A DNA stretch of 64,000 nt from Myxococcales bacterium. GTDB taxonomy: Bacteria > Myxococcota_A > Bradymonadia > UBA7976 > UBA1532. Below are positions 1 to 8,667 of this stretch, piece by piece. The notes below the pieces were generated by a model. That model ran no database searches. It saw nothing but the letters and a program-made list of their open reading frames with translations, and had not been told where the DNA came from. The stretch lies in contig PCCS01000017.1 in assembly GCA_002731825.1 (NCBI GenBank), positions 52,434 through 116,433 of the forward strand, written 5' to 3'. The first letter of the stretch is position 1; every line of letters starts with the position of its first letter. Made by a program: the position numbers and the translations under genes.

Positions 1-1
1 A

Positions 2-838
2 TCGCTTGACCCCGACTTTGACGCGCCAGAAGATGCAGCCTTCGCGAATTTCGTAAATCAATCTGTTAATCGTGGTGGTAAAGACTTTCGCCTTGCTTAT
101 GTGGGTGACCGCCTGGTCGGGGCCTTATTTTCTGGTCGCTACAAGGTCCTAGACCGCGCAGATTGGGTTCGCGGTTTCAGAATTATTGTCAACCCTCAGG
201 GGCGCGCGTTGGGAGCAGCTGATATGCTGCACGATGTGCTAAACGAGCAAGACATAGATCGGGGCCTGATTCATCGAACCGTACTGGCCGGCGAACAGTC
301 CTGCGATTCCGACCTGTTAAACGAACGGGGTTTTGAACTCGTTCAGCGCATTGTGATTATGCGTCGCTTAGGTCCACCGCCTGCCCTGAATGCATTACCG
401 TCAAATTTTTCAATTCGAGACGCAGATATCCATCGCGATGCCCCATTTATCACGCACCTGAGCAACGTCGCTAATCGTCGGAACTTTGGTTTTGCACCGC
501 TACTGGAAAGTGAGCTCAAAGAGACTGTCGATGCGCCCGGTGGCCGCCTACTGGTCCTTGAAACCAAGCAAGGTCGAGTGGTCGGTTCGACACAAACCCT
601 TCCGTTTTTTGACAATGTCGGTGTTCTCCACAGTGTCTATGTTGACCCAGAATTCCAAGGCCGTGGACTTGGACGATTTCTGGTTTTAGCCGCCTTAAAT
701 GCATTAGCTCAACACGGATACAGATGCGTTGAGCTCAGTGTTGATGAGAAAAATATTACAGCAAACAACTTGTATAGTACGCTCGATTTTGAGGTCTATC
801 GCATAGACGAAACATTCGAACGTATTCGAGCTCAATGA
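2..838 (+). CDS. GNAT-family acetyltransferase, 5'-truncated by the window edge
   Basis: The frame is open from base 2. The C-terminal GNAT domain has the acetyl-CoA motif VYVDPEFQGRGLG and a later N-x-x-A-x-x-LY motif. Confidence 0.85.
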   Translation, partial: SLDPDFDAPEDAAFANFVNQSVNRGGKDFRLAYVGDRLVGALFSGRYKVLDRADWVRGFRIIVNPQGRALGAADMLHDVLNEQDIDRGLIHRTVLAGEQSCDSDLLNERGFELVQRIVIMRRLGPPPALNALPSNFSIRDADIHRDAPFITHLSNVANRRNFGFAPLLESELKETVDAPGGRLLVLETKQGRVVGSTQTLPFFDNVGVLHSVYVDPEFQGRGLGRFLVLAALNALAQHGYRCVELSVDEKNITANNLYSTLDFEVYRIDETFERIRAQ

Positions 839-1788
839 ATTTACTCATCACGGGTGTCAGCGGATCTATCGGCCAAGCGGTTGTACACTATCTAACACAT
901 CACAACCGATTCGGACGCGTAATCGCCATCGACAGACAGCCCCCAGCCCGTCTTGGTCCCTGCCATTTTATCAAAGCCAATCTCAACCAAATTGAGTTAG
1001 CTGATATTCTGATCACCGATGATATACAGTGTGTTCTTCACCTGGCCGGATCAGGCCACACTGGGAATCCACGCATGGAGGCTCAGACAGCGCTTAAAGT
1101 GCTTAAAGCTGCCGCTGCTGCTGGATGTGGTCGCGTCGTCATTCCAAGTCGAGATTGGGTCTATCGGTCCAGCGATGAACCGAGTACTGAAGAGAGCCCA
1201 TTGAGGGCATCCAGATTGATGAGCAAGGGCTTGAGCGCGGCGCGAACTCATTTTGCAGCACGTTTGGGTTGGGCGCCGGTAGAAGCTAAGCTACTTTTAG
1301 AATCAGTCATTTCTAATTTCATGAACAATGGGGGGCGCTGCGACGTTGTTGTTCCCAGATTCTGTACCGTACTCAGTGACTCGCCAACCCTCGCTCTTCG
1401 GCAGTTGTTCGATGCCCCCTTCTTGCTCTCATCTCGGAAAAATGAGCCGCGTTTCCAATTTCTGCATATCGATGATGCGGCCCGTTTACTGATTGCGTGT
1501 ACCCGTCGAAGTGGGCTATCCGGTGCCTACAATGTGGCCGGACGCGATCAACTGACCCTGACCGCGGTCGCCGGCATTTTAGAAAAACGGATTATCCATC
1601 TGCCCAACTGGAGTTTTGGCTTCGTCTTAAACGTTTTCGCACGCCTACGTTTATTTGGATTTAGTCAGAGTGCGTTGGTGAAATTACAAATGGCATCCGC
1701 CCTCTCCGTACAGCGTGCCTCCGAGTCACTCGGCGAACCAAAGTTGACGAGCCGACAGGCACTGGCGCTGTGGCGAACCAGTCAATGA
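835..1788 (+). CDS. NAD-dependent epimerase/dehydratase (extended SDR), catalytic residues look degenerate
   Basis: N-terminal LITGVSGSIG Rossmann motif, HLAG, FLHIDDAA and GAYNVAG. ATGA overlap with the upstream gene. Confidence 0.8.
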   Translation: MNLLITGVSGSIGQAVVHYLTHHNRFGRVIAIDRQPPARLGPCHFIKANLNQIELADILITDDIQCVLHLAGSGHTGNPRMEAQTALKVLKAAAAAGCGRVVIPSRDWVYRSSDEPSTEESPLRASRLMSKGLSAARTHFAARLGWAPVEAKLLLESVISNFMNNGGRCDVVVPRFCTVLSDSPTLALRQLFDAPFLLSSRKNEPRFQFLHIDDAARLLIACTRRSGLSGAYNVAGRDQLTLTAVAGILEKRIIHLPNWSFGFVLNVFARLRLFGFSQSALVKLQMASALSVQRASESLGEPKLTSRQALALWRTSQ

Positions 1789-1880
1789 AATTAGGCCACC
1801 CATAGCACACACCTCTGCACTGGAAATCAGATTGTGAACGCGTTAGCGTCAGGCGTGAGTAATCTGGGTGAGTCGAGTTT

Positions 1881-2162
1881 ATGAGTACATCTAAAAAAAA
1901 GAAGTCTAAAGGTCGTCAAAAGAGTAAAGCCGCCGTTGAGCGGGATCGACTGAGAGGGGACAAAGCGGGCGTGAGCCAAGGGGCAAACGGCTCTGTCGAG
2001 GTCCCACAATATCGCGGTGGGATGATGAGTAACATGCGTGGTGGTTTTCAGTCAGCTGTTGGTCAAGGTGAGACCAGAGGCAAGGGAAGCACCTTGAACA
2101 ACATCGTCTGGATTGCTCTGATCGGCGCGGCCGCCTTTATGTTGGTCAAGCAATTTCAGTGA
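1881..2162 (+). CDS. Small hypothetical protein with Lys-rich N-terminus and one C-terminal TM helix
   Basis: MSTSKKKKSKGRQKSK at the N-terminus and IVWIALIGAAAFMLV at the C-terminus. GTGA overlap with the next gene. Confidence 0.7.
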   Translation: MSTSKKKKSKGRQKSKAAVERDRLRGDKAGVSQGANGSVEVPQYRGGMMSNMRGGFQSAVGQGETRGKGSTLNNIVWIALIGAAAFMLVKQFQ

Positions 2163-3058
2163 GCCGAATCCAGCGTGAACAACACACCGTATCTATTAGC
2201 GGCCTCGACTATGGACTGAATGTCTGGGACGGGGGGGGTGAGACAACCGTACTTCTGTTGCACGGGTATTTGGATTGCGGTCTGAATTGGTCCTTCTTAG
2301 TCGATGCTCTGGGGTCATTTGACTGGCATGTGGTCGCACCGGATTGGCGCGGTCACGGAGAGTCTGCTTGGATCGGGGCTGGAGGGTACTACCATTTCAC
2401 GGACTACGTTCGCGATCTCCATCAGCTCGTCAAATTCATCGGCCGTAAGCGAGTTGTTGTCGTCGGACATTCTATGGGTGCGATGGTGGCTGTCCATTGG
2501 CTGAGTACGCGCCCCACGAACGTCATCGGCTGCATCTTGGCCGAAGCCGTCGGCCCACAGCCGCTGTCGGCGGATGATTATCCAAAGAGGCTTGGTCAGT
2601 GGCTCCAGCAAACAGCCCCTTTTGACCCGTCAAAAGTCCAACGCCCACTGCGTGACCTCGCCGATGCAAGTACACGAATCGCTCGCCAGTATCGGTCATT
2701 GCCGGCAGACCGTGTCAGGCAAATCGCAATAAATACAACTCGAAAGAGAGTCGATGGACAATTGGTCTGGAAGTTTGATCCACTGCATCGAACAACTGCG
2801 CCAATGCCCGGTTTTCCAGCCATCACAGATGCCTATTTAAAGGCCATCGAGTGTCCGCTATTTTGGATTGGTGGAGAAAATAGTTTGTTTTTGAGACCCG
2901 AATTACACAAATGGCTTGACCAGGCGCAGAATATCGCCAAAGTAACGCTTTCTGACGCTGGCCATATGCTTCACACGGAAAATCCGCTATCGTTAAGCAT
3001 AGAAGTCACGCGTTTTATCCGTAGCTTAGACCCAAGCGCAGCTGAGACAAGGAGCTAA
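2159..3058 (+). CDS. Alpha/beta-fold hydrolase
   Basis: [14 protein letters not shown], nucleophile elbow GHSMG and catalytic His in DAGHMLH. Confidence 0.92.
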   Translation: MSRIQREQHTVSISGLDYGLNVWDGGGETTVLLLHGYLDCGLNWSFLVDALGSFDWHVVAPDWRGHGESAWIGAGGYYHFTDYVRDLHQLVKFIGRKRVVVVGHSMGAMVAVHWLSTRPTNVIGCILAEAVGPQPLSADDYPKRLGQWLQQTAPFDPSKVQRPLRDLADASTRIARQYRSLPADRVRQIAINTTRKRVDGQLVWKFDPLHRTTAPMPGFPAITDAYLKAIECPLFWIGGENSLFLRPELHKWLDQAQNIAKVTLSDAGHMLHTENPLSLSIEVTRFIRSLDPSAAETRS

Positions 3059-3059
3059 C

Positions 3060-3392
3060 ATGGCAACGTATATCACCGATGAGTGCATCAATTGTGGTGC
3101 CTGCGAGCCAGAATGTCCCAATAACGCGATCTCAGAAGGCGATGAATATTTCGTCATCGATCCAAACCTCTGTACTGAGTGCGTGGGGTTCCATGGAGAT
3201 GAAGCCTGTCAGACGGTTTGCCCCGTTGAGTGCTGTATTCCGGACCCAGATAAACGGGAAACCGAGGGTGAGCTTCTGGTAAAAGCGACAAAGTTGCATC
3301 CAGGCGAGGCCTTCCCGTCGGAAAACCAATTGGATGAAACGACATCGAGATTTCGAAATCCTGATTGGATTAACGAAGGTCGAGACGACTAA
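3060..3392 (+). CDS. YfhL-type 2[4Fe-4S] ferredoxin with C-terminal extension
   Basis: [12 protein letters not shown] and [27 protein letters not shown] upstream. Confidence 0.93.
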   Translation: MATYITDECINCGACEPECPNNAISEGDEYFVIDPNLCTECVGFHGDEACQTVCPVECCIPDPDKRETEGELLVKATKLHPGEAFPSENQLDETTSRFRNPDWINEGRDD

Positions 3393-3422
3393 AACAGTCC
3401 GTAAACAACATCATCTCCGCGC

Positions 3423-4541
3423 CTACCCTTCCTTCAGGATGATCCAGTCACCGTATTGGTCGAGTTTATCAAATAGCGCATGTCGTCCCTCGGCTTCAGG
3501 CAAAGCCACAACCACCGGATAGGCGATCACTTGCATCAGTCGACGCCAATCAGCATGGGGGATGACCTCAGCATTTAAGACGTGCAGTAACTCTTCGAGG
3601 GGTTTCGAGCCGTCTTTCGGCACGCATCCGAACGGCACCAACCCACCCTCTTTTAGAAGAGCCAAGCTATTAAAAATTGAGACGTCTTCTCCCTGATATG
3701 TTGTCTCCCCGTCGGCGATCCCATCGATGAGAAATTCATCGTTGTAGCTGCCTATTTCCAAGTCTAATGGGATGCCCTTTAAGCGCACTCGAGCTGGGCA
3801 AAGGCGCCTGGCCCAAATGACCTCAGCTCCGCCACGTTGGCTGCGCAAACGAATTGGAACCAACTCACCTTCGCTGGCATAGTCTCCATCGGTCTCGGGG
3901 ATATCAATCCCGACTTTCTGCCATTGCAGGCGCGCGTCGCTAAATCGTCCAAGGGCTGTATAGGCGATCCCCAAGTTCCAATGACACGCTTGGTCATCGG
4001 GCCGAAATCGTAACACTGTCTCAAAGGCCGCTGCAGATGCGGCCCAATCGGTCTCAAGCTTTTTGATGACACCCAAATTAAATTGAGCACTCATATCGCC
4101 AGGTAATGCTTTAGCGGCGGTTTCAACCAATGGTGTCGCTGTGTCGATGAACTCCCATTGCAGTAACAAATGACCTAAATCGCTCTGGAAGGCTGGGCCA
4201 TGTTGTTCGGACATCGCAGAGATATGTTCCGCCACTTCTTTTGCACCGCGTCGGTCCCCGAGACCGTAGAGCACAGTCCCTATCCAATCTTCGGCGACAC
4301 GCCCCAAGCGATCGACCGGGAGGTCAGAATTCCACGCGGCCTCTAAGATGTGTAAAGAGAGCGGGTACATTCGATGCTGGCGCAAGTGGTCAAGGACTTG
4401 AAACAAGGCGGTGGCCGCTTGCCCTTCGAGCCAATCAACCAATCGTGTCCCCAGAGATGTTGCATCATCAAACTGCGGATCATAGCGTTCGATGTCCGTC
4501 TTGAGTTCAGCGGGTAATCCATCGAGTCCTTCATTCTTCAC
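3423..4541 (-). CDS. Tetratricopeptide-repeat protein
   Basis: TPR-like segments AQFNLGVIKK and ACHWNLGIAYTALGRFSDA. The GTG start overlaps the ettA stop. Confidence 0.75.
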   Translation of the reverse strand: MKNEGLDGLPAELKTDIERYDPQFDDATSLGTRLVDWLEGQAATALFQVLDHLRQHRMYPLSLHILEAAWNSDLPVDRLGRVAEDWIGTVLYGLGDRRGAKEVAEHISAMSEQHGPAFQSDLGHLLLQWEFIDTATPLVETAAKALPGDMSAQFNLGVIKKLETDWAASAAAFETVLRFRPDDQACHWNLGIAYTALGRFSDARLQWQKVGIDIPETDGDYASEGELVPIRLRSQRGGAEVIWARRLCPARVRLKGIPLDLEIGSYNDEFLIDGIADGETTYQGEDVSIFNSLALLKEGGLVPFGCVPKDGSKPLEELLHVLNAEVIPHADWRRLMQVIAYPVVVALPEAEGRHALFDKLDQYGDWIILKEG

Positions 4542-6217
4542 GAGCGGGCAAACTTCCTGTACTTGATTCGCTTAGGAATGATCGTATCTACACCAAGACG
4601 ACGTTTTTTGTCTTCTTCATAGTCTTGATAATTTCCCTCGAACCAAACGACGTCGGAATCGCCTTCGAAGGCGATGATATGGGTTGCGATTCGGTCGAGA
4701 AACCAGCGGTCATGGCTAATGATAAGCGCACACCCTGCAAAGGACAAAAGTGCCTCTTCTAAGGCGCGCAATGTGTCAACATCTAAATCGTTTGTCGGCT
4801 CATCCAGCAAGAGCACGTTGCCGCCGGATTTTAGAAGTTTGGCCAGATGTACACGGTTTCGTTCACCACCAGATAAGTACCCTACTTTTTTCTGCTGATC
4901 ACTGCCCTTGAATCCAAACGCACCCACATAGGCCCGGGAATTCATATCGTGGCGACCCATTTCGATCACCTCGGCTCCGCCCGTGATTTCTTCCCAAATA
5001 TTATGATCACCAGCCAACTCAGAACGGCTTTGATCCACGTACGCTATGTCGACCGTCTCGCCCGTTTTGATCTCACCTGAATCGGGTTGCTGCTCGCCTG
5101 TCAGCATTCGAAACAAGGTTGTTTTACCAGCGCCATTGGGTCCGATAATTCCAACGATGGCACCCGGGGGAAGCAAGAAATCTAAATCATCGACCAACAG
5201 TCGATCGCCAAACCCCTTGGTGACGGATTGAGCCTCAAAAACAGTATCACCCAAACGTGGACCTGGAGGAATTCTCAATTCTAATTTGGATCGCTGCTCT
5301 TCGTTTTGTTCATTGAGGAGTGCTTCGAAAGCACGAACACGGGCTTTACTCTTCGTCTGTCGACCTTTCGGTGATTGCCTAATCCAATCCAACTCGTCTT
5401 TTAAAGCACGCTGACGGGCAGACTCGCGTTTGTCTTTACTGGCAAGGCGGTCTTGTTTTTGGTCTAACCACGTCGAGTAATTGCCCTTCCATGGAATCCC
5501 GTGACCATTGTCGAGTTCTAAAATCCACTCAGTGACATTATCGAGGAAGTAGCGGTCGTGAGTTATGAGAACAATGGTTCCGTGGTATGTCTTGAGATGA
5601 CCTTCTAACCAAGCGACCGTTTCCGCATCAAGGTGGTTTGTGGGCTCGTCTAGGAGCAGAAGATCTGGTTTTTCTAAAAGCAATCGACAGAGAGCGACGC
5701 GTCTGCGCTCACCACCGCTTAGATGTGTAACCGCATCCTCGCCAGGCGGCAGTCGCAAGGCGTCCATCGCCACCTCGATCTGGCTGTCCAATTCCCATGC
5801 GTTGACAGCATCTATCTTGTCCTGCAAAACCCCCATTCGATCGTAGAGCTTCGCCATCTCATCATCGTCCATAGGCTCACCCATGCGTCCGGTGATTTCA
5901 TTGAACTCATCGAGAAGTGCTTGGGTTTTAGAAACACCCAATTTGACGTTCTCAAAGACCGATAAGGACTCGTCGAGTTCTGGTTCTTGAGATAAATAGC
6001 CAACGGTGTACCCCTTGGCTAACCAAGCCTCCCCGACGAAATCGGTATCCTGTCCGGCCATAATTCGAAGCAAAGTGGACTTACCTGCCCCATTGCCTCC
6101 GATGACGCCGATCTTTGCGCCAGGATAGAAGGATAATTGAATCCCTTTGAGGACTTCTTTACCGTTTAGATAGACCTTTTTGAGGTCGCGCATGTGGTAA
6201 ATAAACTGTTCAGCCAT
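4538..6217 (-). CDS. ettA: Energy-dependent translational throttle A (ABC-F ATPase)
   Basis: N-terminus MAEQFIY...LSFYPGAKIGVIG, two ABC cassettes (GAGKST and GAGKTT, LSGGER, LLLDEPTN) and the EttA-type end WFEGNYQDYEEDKKRRLG...RIKYRK. Confidence 0.97.
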   Translation of the reverse strand: MAEQFIYHMRDLKKVYLNGKEVLKGIQLSFYPGAKIGVIGGNGAGKSTLLRIMAGQDTDFVGEAWLAKGYTVGYLSQEPELDESLSVFENVKLGVSKTQALLDEFNEITGRMGEPMDDDEMAKLYDRMGVLQDKIDAVNAWELDSQIEVAMDALRLPPGEDAVTHLSGGERRRVALCRLLLEKPDLLLLDEPTNHLDAETVAWLEGHLKTYHGTIVLITHDRYFLDNVTEWILELDNGHGIPWKGNYSTWLDQKQDRLASKDKRESARQRALKDELDWIRQSPKGRQTKSKARVRAFEALLNEQNEEQRSKLELRIPPGPRLGDTVFEAQSVTKGFGDRLLVDDLDFLLPPGAIVGIIGPNGAGKTTLFRMLTGEQQPDSGEIKTGETVDIAYVDQSRSELAGDHNIWEEITGGAEVIEMGRHDMNSRAYVGAFGFKGSDQQKKVGYLSGGERNRVHLAKLLKSGGNVLLLDEPTNDLDVDTLRALEEALLSFAGCALIISHDRWFLDRIATHIIAFEGDSDVVWFEGNYQDYEEDKKRRLGVDTIIPKRIKYRKFARS

Positions 6218-6375
6218 TTCACCCTCTGTCGTGCGTTCATTGTCGTGATTGGTGCGACCCTGAAGGGGTCAAACTGCGGATACACTAGCCCCATCTAGCT
6301 CATTTACACAAGCACAACGGGCTGCTGTCGAATTCGGTGGGAAGAAAGCGCGGTGTTCGAACTCAAACAAGCGGA

Positions 6376-6507
6376 TCAGGTCGATGAAAGGCGACCATTT
6401 CGCTTCTTCTTAAGTGCGCTTGCATTACGCAACCGTGATTTTCGTAGTTTGGCCTTACGAGCTGCTTTACGACGGGCTGTGTTGCGGCGCTTATTAGCTT
6501 GTTTCAT
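6376..6507 (-). CDS. Unannotated 43-aa highly basic protein MKQANKRRNTARRKAARKAKLRKSRLRNASALKKKRNGRLSST
   Basis: Translated by hand because it is below the ORF-track cutoff. AAGGAG lies 6 nt before the ATG. 19 of 43 residues are K/R, none is D/E. A promoter-like sequence lies upstream. Confidence 0.8.
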   Translation of the reverse strand: MKQANKRRNTARRKAARKAKLRKSRLRNASALKKKRNGRLSST

Positions 6508-6541
6508 GGCCGACTCCTTTTAATCTATCAGCGTTCACTCA

Positions 6542-6605
6542 GGGCGCGCATCTTGTCTGGACTTGCTTCAGAGATCAAGTCTATCCGACCAATTTTGTTT
6601 TTTTT
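6542..6605 (-). promoter_or_regulatory. Putative sigma70 promoter with A-tract UP element and GC-rich discriminator
   Basis: Minus strand: A-tract (6591-6605), TTGATC (6578-6573), 17-nt spacer, CAAGAT (6555-6550), then GCGCGCCC. Confidence 0.55.
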
Positions 6606-6644
6606 CTGTAAAAACCAGCCTGGTTTCACCCGATTTATCTGAAC

Positions 6645-8459
6645 TCATGGTTTCTTTTTGGCGAGATAGACCCGATCGATTCGATCCGCATAGCGTGCAA
6701 CAACCCGATCGCGCCGAATCTTGAGTGAGGGTGTAAGCAGTGACTCTTGTGTGGAAAACGCCTCGGCGATCAACTCGAAGTCGCGGACGGTCTCATGCTT
6801 TGCAAGTCTCTGATTAACCCGATTCACCGACTCGTCTATAATTCGTCTAATTTTGGGTTCTCTAAGTAAGGATTCTGGATCTCGAAAGAACAGCTTCTTT
6901 TTTTTAGCCCACGCTTCAAGTTCGGTCATCGCCGGAACGATCAACGCAATGCAATACGGCCGATTATCGCCGATCAGGCACGCCTGCTCGATCATGGGCT
7001 CCAAGCGCAATAAGCTCTCAACTCGTTGCGGAGCGACGTAGCGACCCCCCGAATCCTTAAATAGATCTTTTTTCCGATCTGTAATCCAGACGAAACCATC
7101 GCGATCAACCCGACCGATATCACCGGTGGCCAACCAACCGTCGTCCGATAGCACAGCTCGAGTGATGGATGGCTGTTTCCAATACCCCTGCATCACACTC
7201 GGTGCCTTCACCATAATTTCGCCATCGTGTGCAATGCGGACCCGGACATTATCTAATGCTTGTCCAACGCTACCAAAGCGATAACTTTCCGGGCGATTGA
7301 CGCTCACGACAGGGGATGTTTCTGTCAATCCATATCCCTCGAGGATCAAGACACCGGAGGAAAAGAAGAATTCGGCGATTTCGGGAGCGAGCGCTGCCCC
7401 ACCGGAGACTAAAATCCTGAGACGGCCACCCAAACGGTCATGCAGGTCTCGGAAAATTTTGTCTCTGAGCCAAGCATATTGCCAATTGAGTGTTTTACCC
7501 GCTTGCCGACCGGCTTGGTGTTTTCGGCTTAAGCGGGCCCCGACAGACAGGGCTGCTCCCATGGCAAGGCGCTTAGCCGGCGTGAATTGCCTCCGGACTG
7601 TCTGCGCGCGTCGGTACACCTTTTCATAGAGCCGTGGCACGCCGGTCATTAACGTCGGGCGAACCTCTTCCAAATCTTCCAGAAGGCGATCCATTCCGCA
7701 TGAATAATAGATGGTCGCCCCACCGAAAAAGCATGGCATATAGTACCCTGCCATCCGCTCGAAGCTATGGCTTAAAGGCAAAAACGAGAGTAAGACGTCC
7801 TCGTGACTGATGGAAATCGCACGAAGGCAGGCCTCACAATTACTGGTCATGTTTTCGTGGGAGATCATGACGCCTTTGGGCTGACCTGTGGTCCCGGAGG
7901 TGTAGATCAGGGTCATTAAATCGCTGGGCTTGATCCCATCAATTCGACCTGGAATCGAGCTCAAATGCGTCGAGGTGCGTCCCAGGTTTTCTAGCTTGAG
8001 CAGGCTGAGATGTTCAGTGTCTAGGCCATCGAGAATTTTGACAGCCGTATGAAATGCAAACAAATGGTGGGTCTCTGGAAACCGACCCATTTCGCCGGCG
8101 ACTCGCTCCAAGATATCAGCCTCGCCGATGAACACAGCTTTGACACCCGAATCCGATAAAATCCAGTCGATATCTTCCATGGAGGCGGTCTCAGAGATGG
8201 CCACCGTAGCAGCGCCAATAGACAGAATTGCCAAATCAGCAATCACCCACTCAACGCTGCTCTGACCAATGATGGCCACGCGCTCACCAGATGCGATGCC
8301 AAGGTCTAAAAGTCCAGCTGCCGCAGCATCCACACGCTCATTGATCTGAAGCCACGTCAAGGGCCGCCAGTGCCTATCACGACGACTGTAGATCATGGGC
8401 CTGCTGTGCAGCTTTGCGACCTGCTCTCGAAAAACTGCTGGAATGGTCCGTGTCGTCAT
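6645..8459 (-). CDS. Long-chain fatty-acid--CoA ligase (AMP-dependent synthetase)
   Basis: YTSGTTGQPKG, EGYGLTET, ATGDIG and DRKKDL motifs. Start moved to MTTRTIP, which has GAGG upstream. Confidence 0.92.
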   Translation of the reverse strand: MTTRTIPAVFREQVAKLHSRPMIYSRRDRHWRPLTWLQINERVDAAAAGLLDLGIASGERVAIIGQSSVEWVIADLAILSIGAATVAISETASMEDIDWILSDSGVKAVFIGEADILERVAGEMGRFPETHHLFAFHTAVKILDGLDTEHLSLLKLENLGRTSTHLSSIPGRIDGIKPSDLMTLIYTSGTTGQPKGVMISHENMTSNCEACLRAISISHEDVLLSFLPLSHSFERMAGYYMPCFFGGATIYYSCGMDRLLEDLEEVRPTLMTGVPRLYEKVYRRAQTVRRQFTPAKRLAMGAALSVGARLSRKHQAGRQAGKTLNWQYAWLRDKIFRDLHDRLGGRLRILVSGGAALAPEIAEFFFSSGVLILEGYGLTETSPVVSVNRPESYRFGSVGQALDNVRVRIAHDGEIMVKAPSVMQGYWKQPSITRAVLSDDGWLATGDIGRVDRDGFVWITDRKKDLFKDSGGRYVAPQRVESLLRLEPMIEQACLIGDNRPYCIALIVPAMTELEAWAKKKKLFFRDPESLLREPKIRRIIDESVNRVNQRLAKHETVRDFELIAEAFSTQESLLTPSLKIRRDRVVARYADRIDRVYLAKKKP

Positions 8460-8667
8460 GAGCCTCAAATCTATTTTATTCGCACCAAGGCACACGGCCC
8501 ATGGGGCATCGCTGCGCTCCGCCGCAAGCGTTTAGAGGCAAAACATAGCAAATAAAAGCAAGCCGATGTGGATAAAGATGAGGAGCTTCTTGCCCCGGCT
8601 CCTCAGTCCATGCAAGTCTCCCATATCGGGGAGAATTTTGTCTAGATCTTGGAGGGCTTGAGACTCG

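Noticed and set aside
6256-6270. Small hairpin GACCC-N5-GGGTC in the ettA leader considered as a riboswitch or terminator
   Set aside because: Only a 5-bp stem, with no U-tract and no recognisable aptamer.
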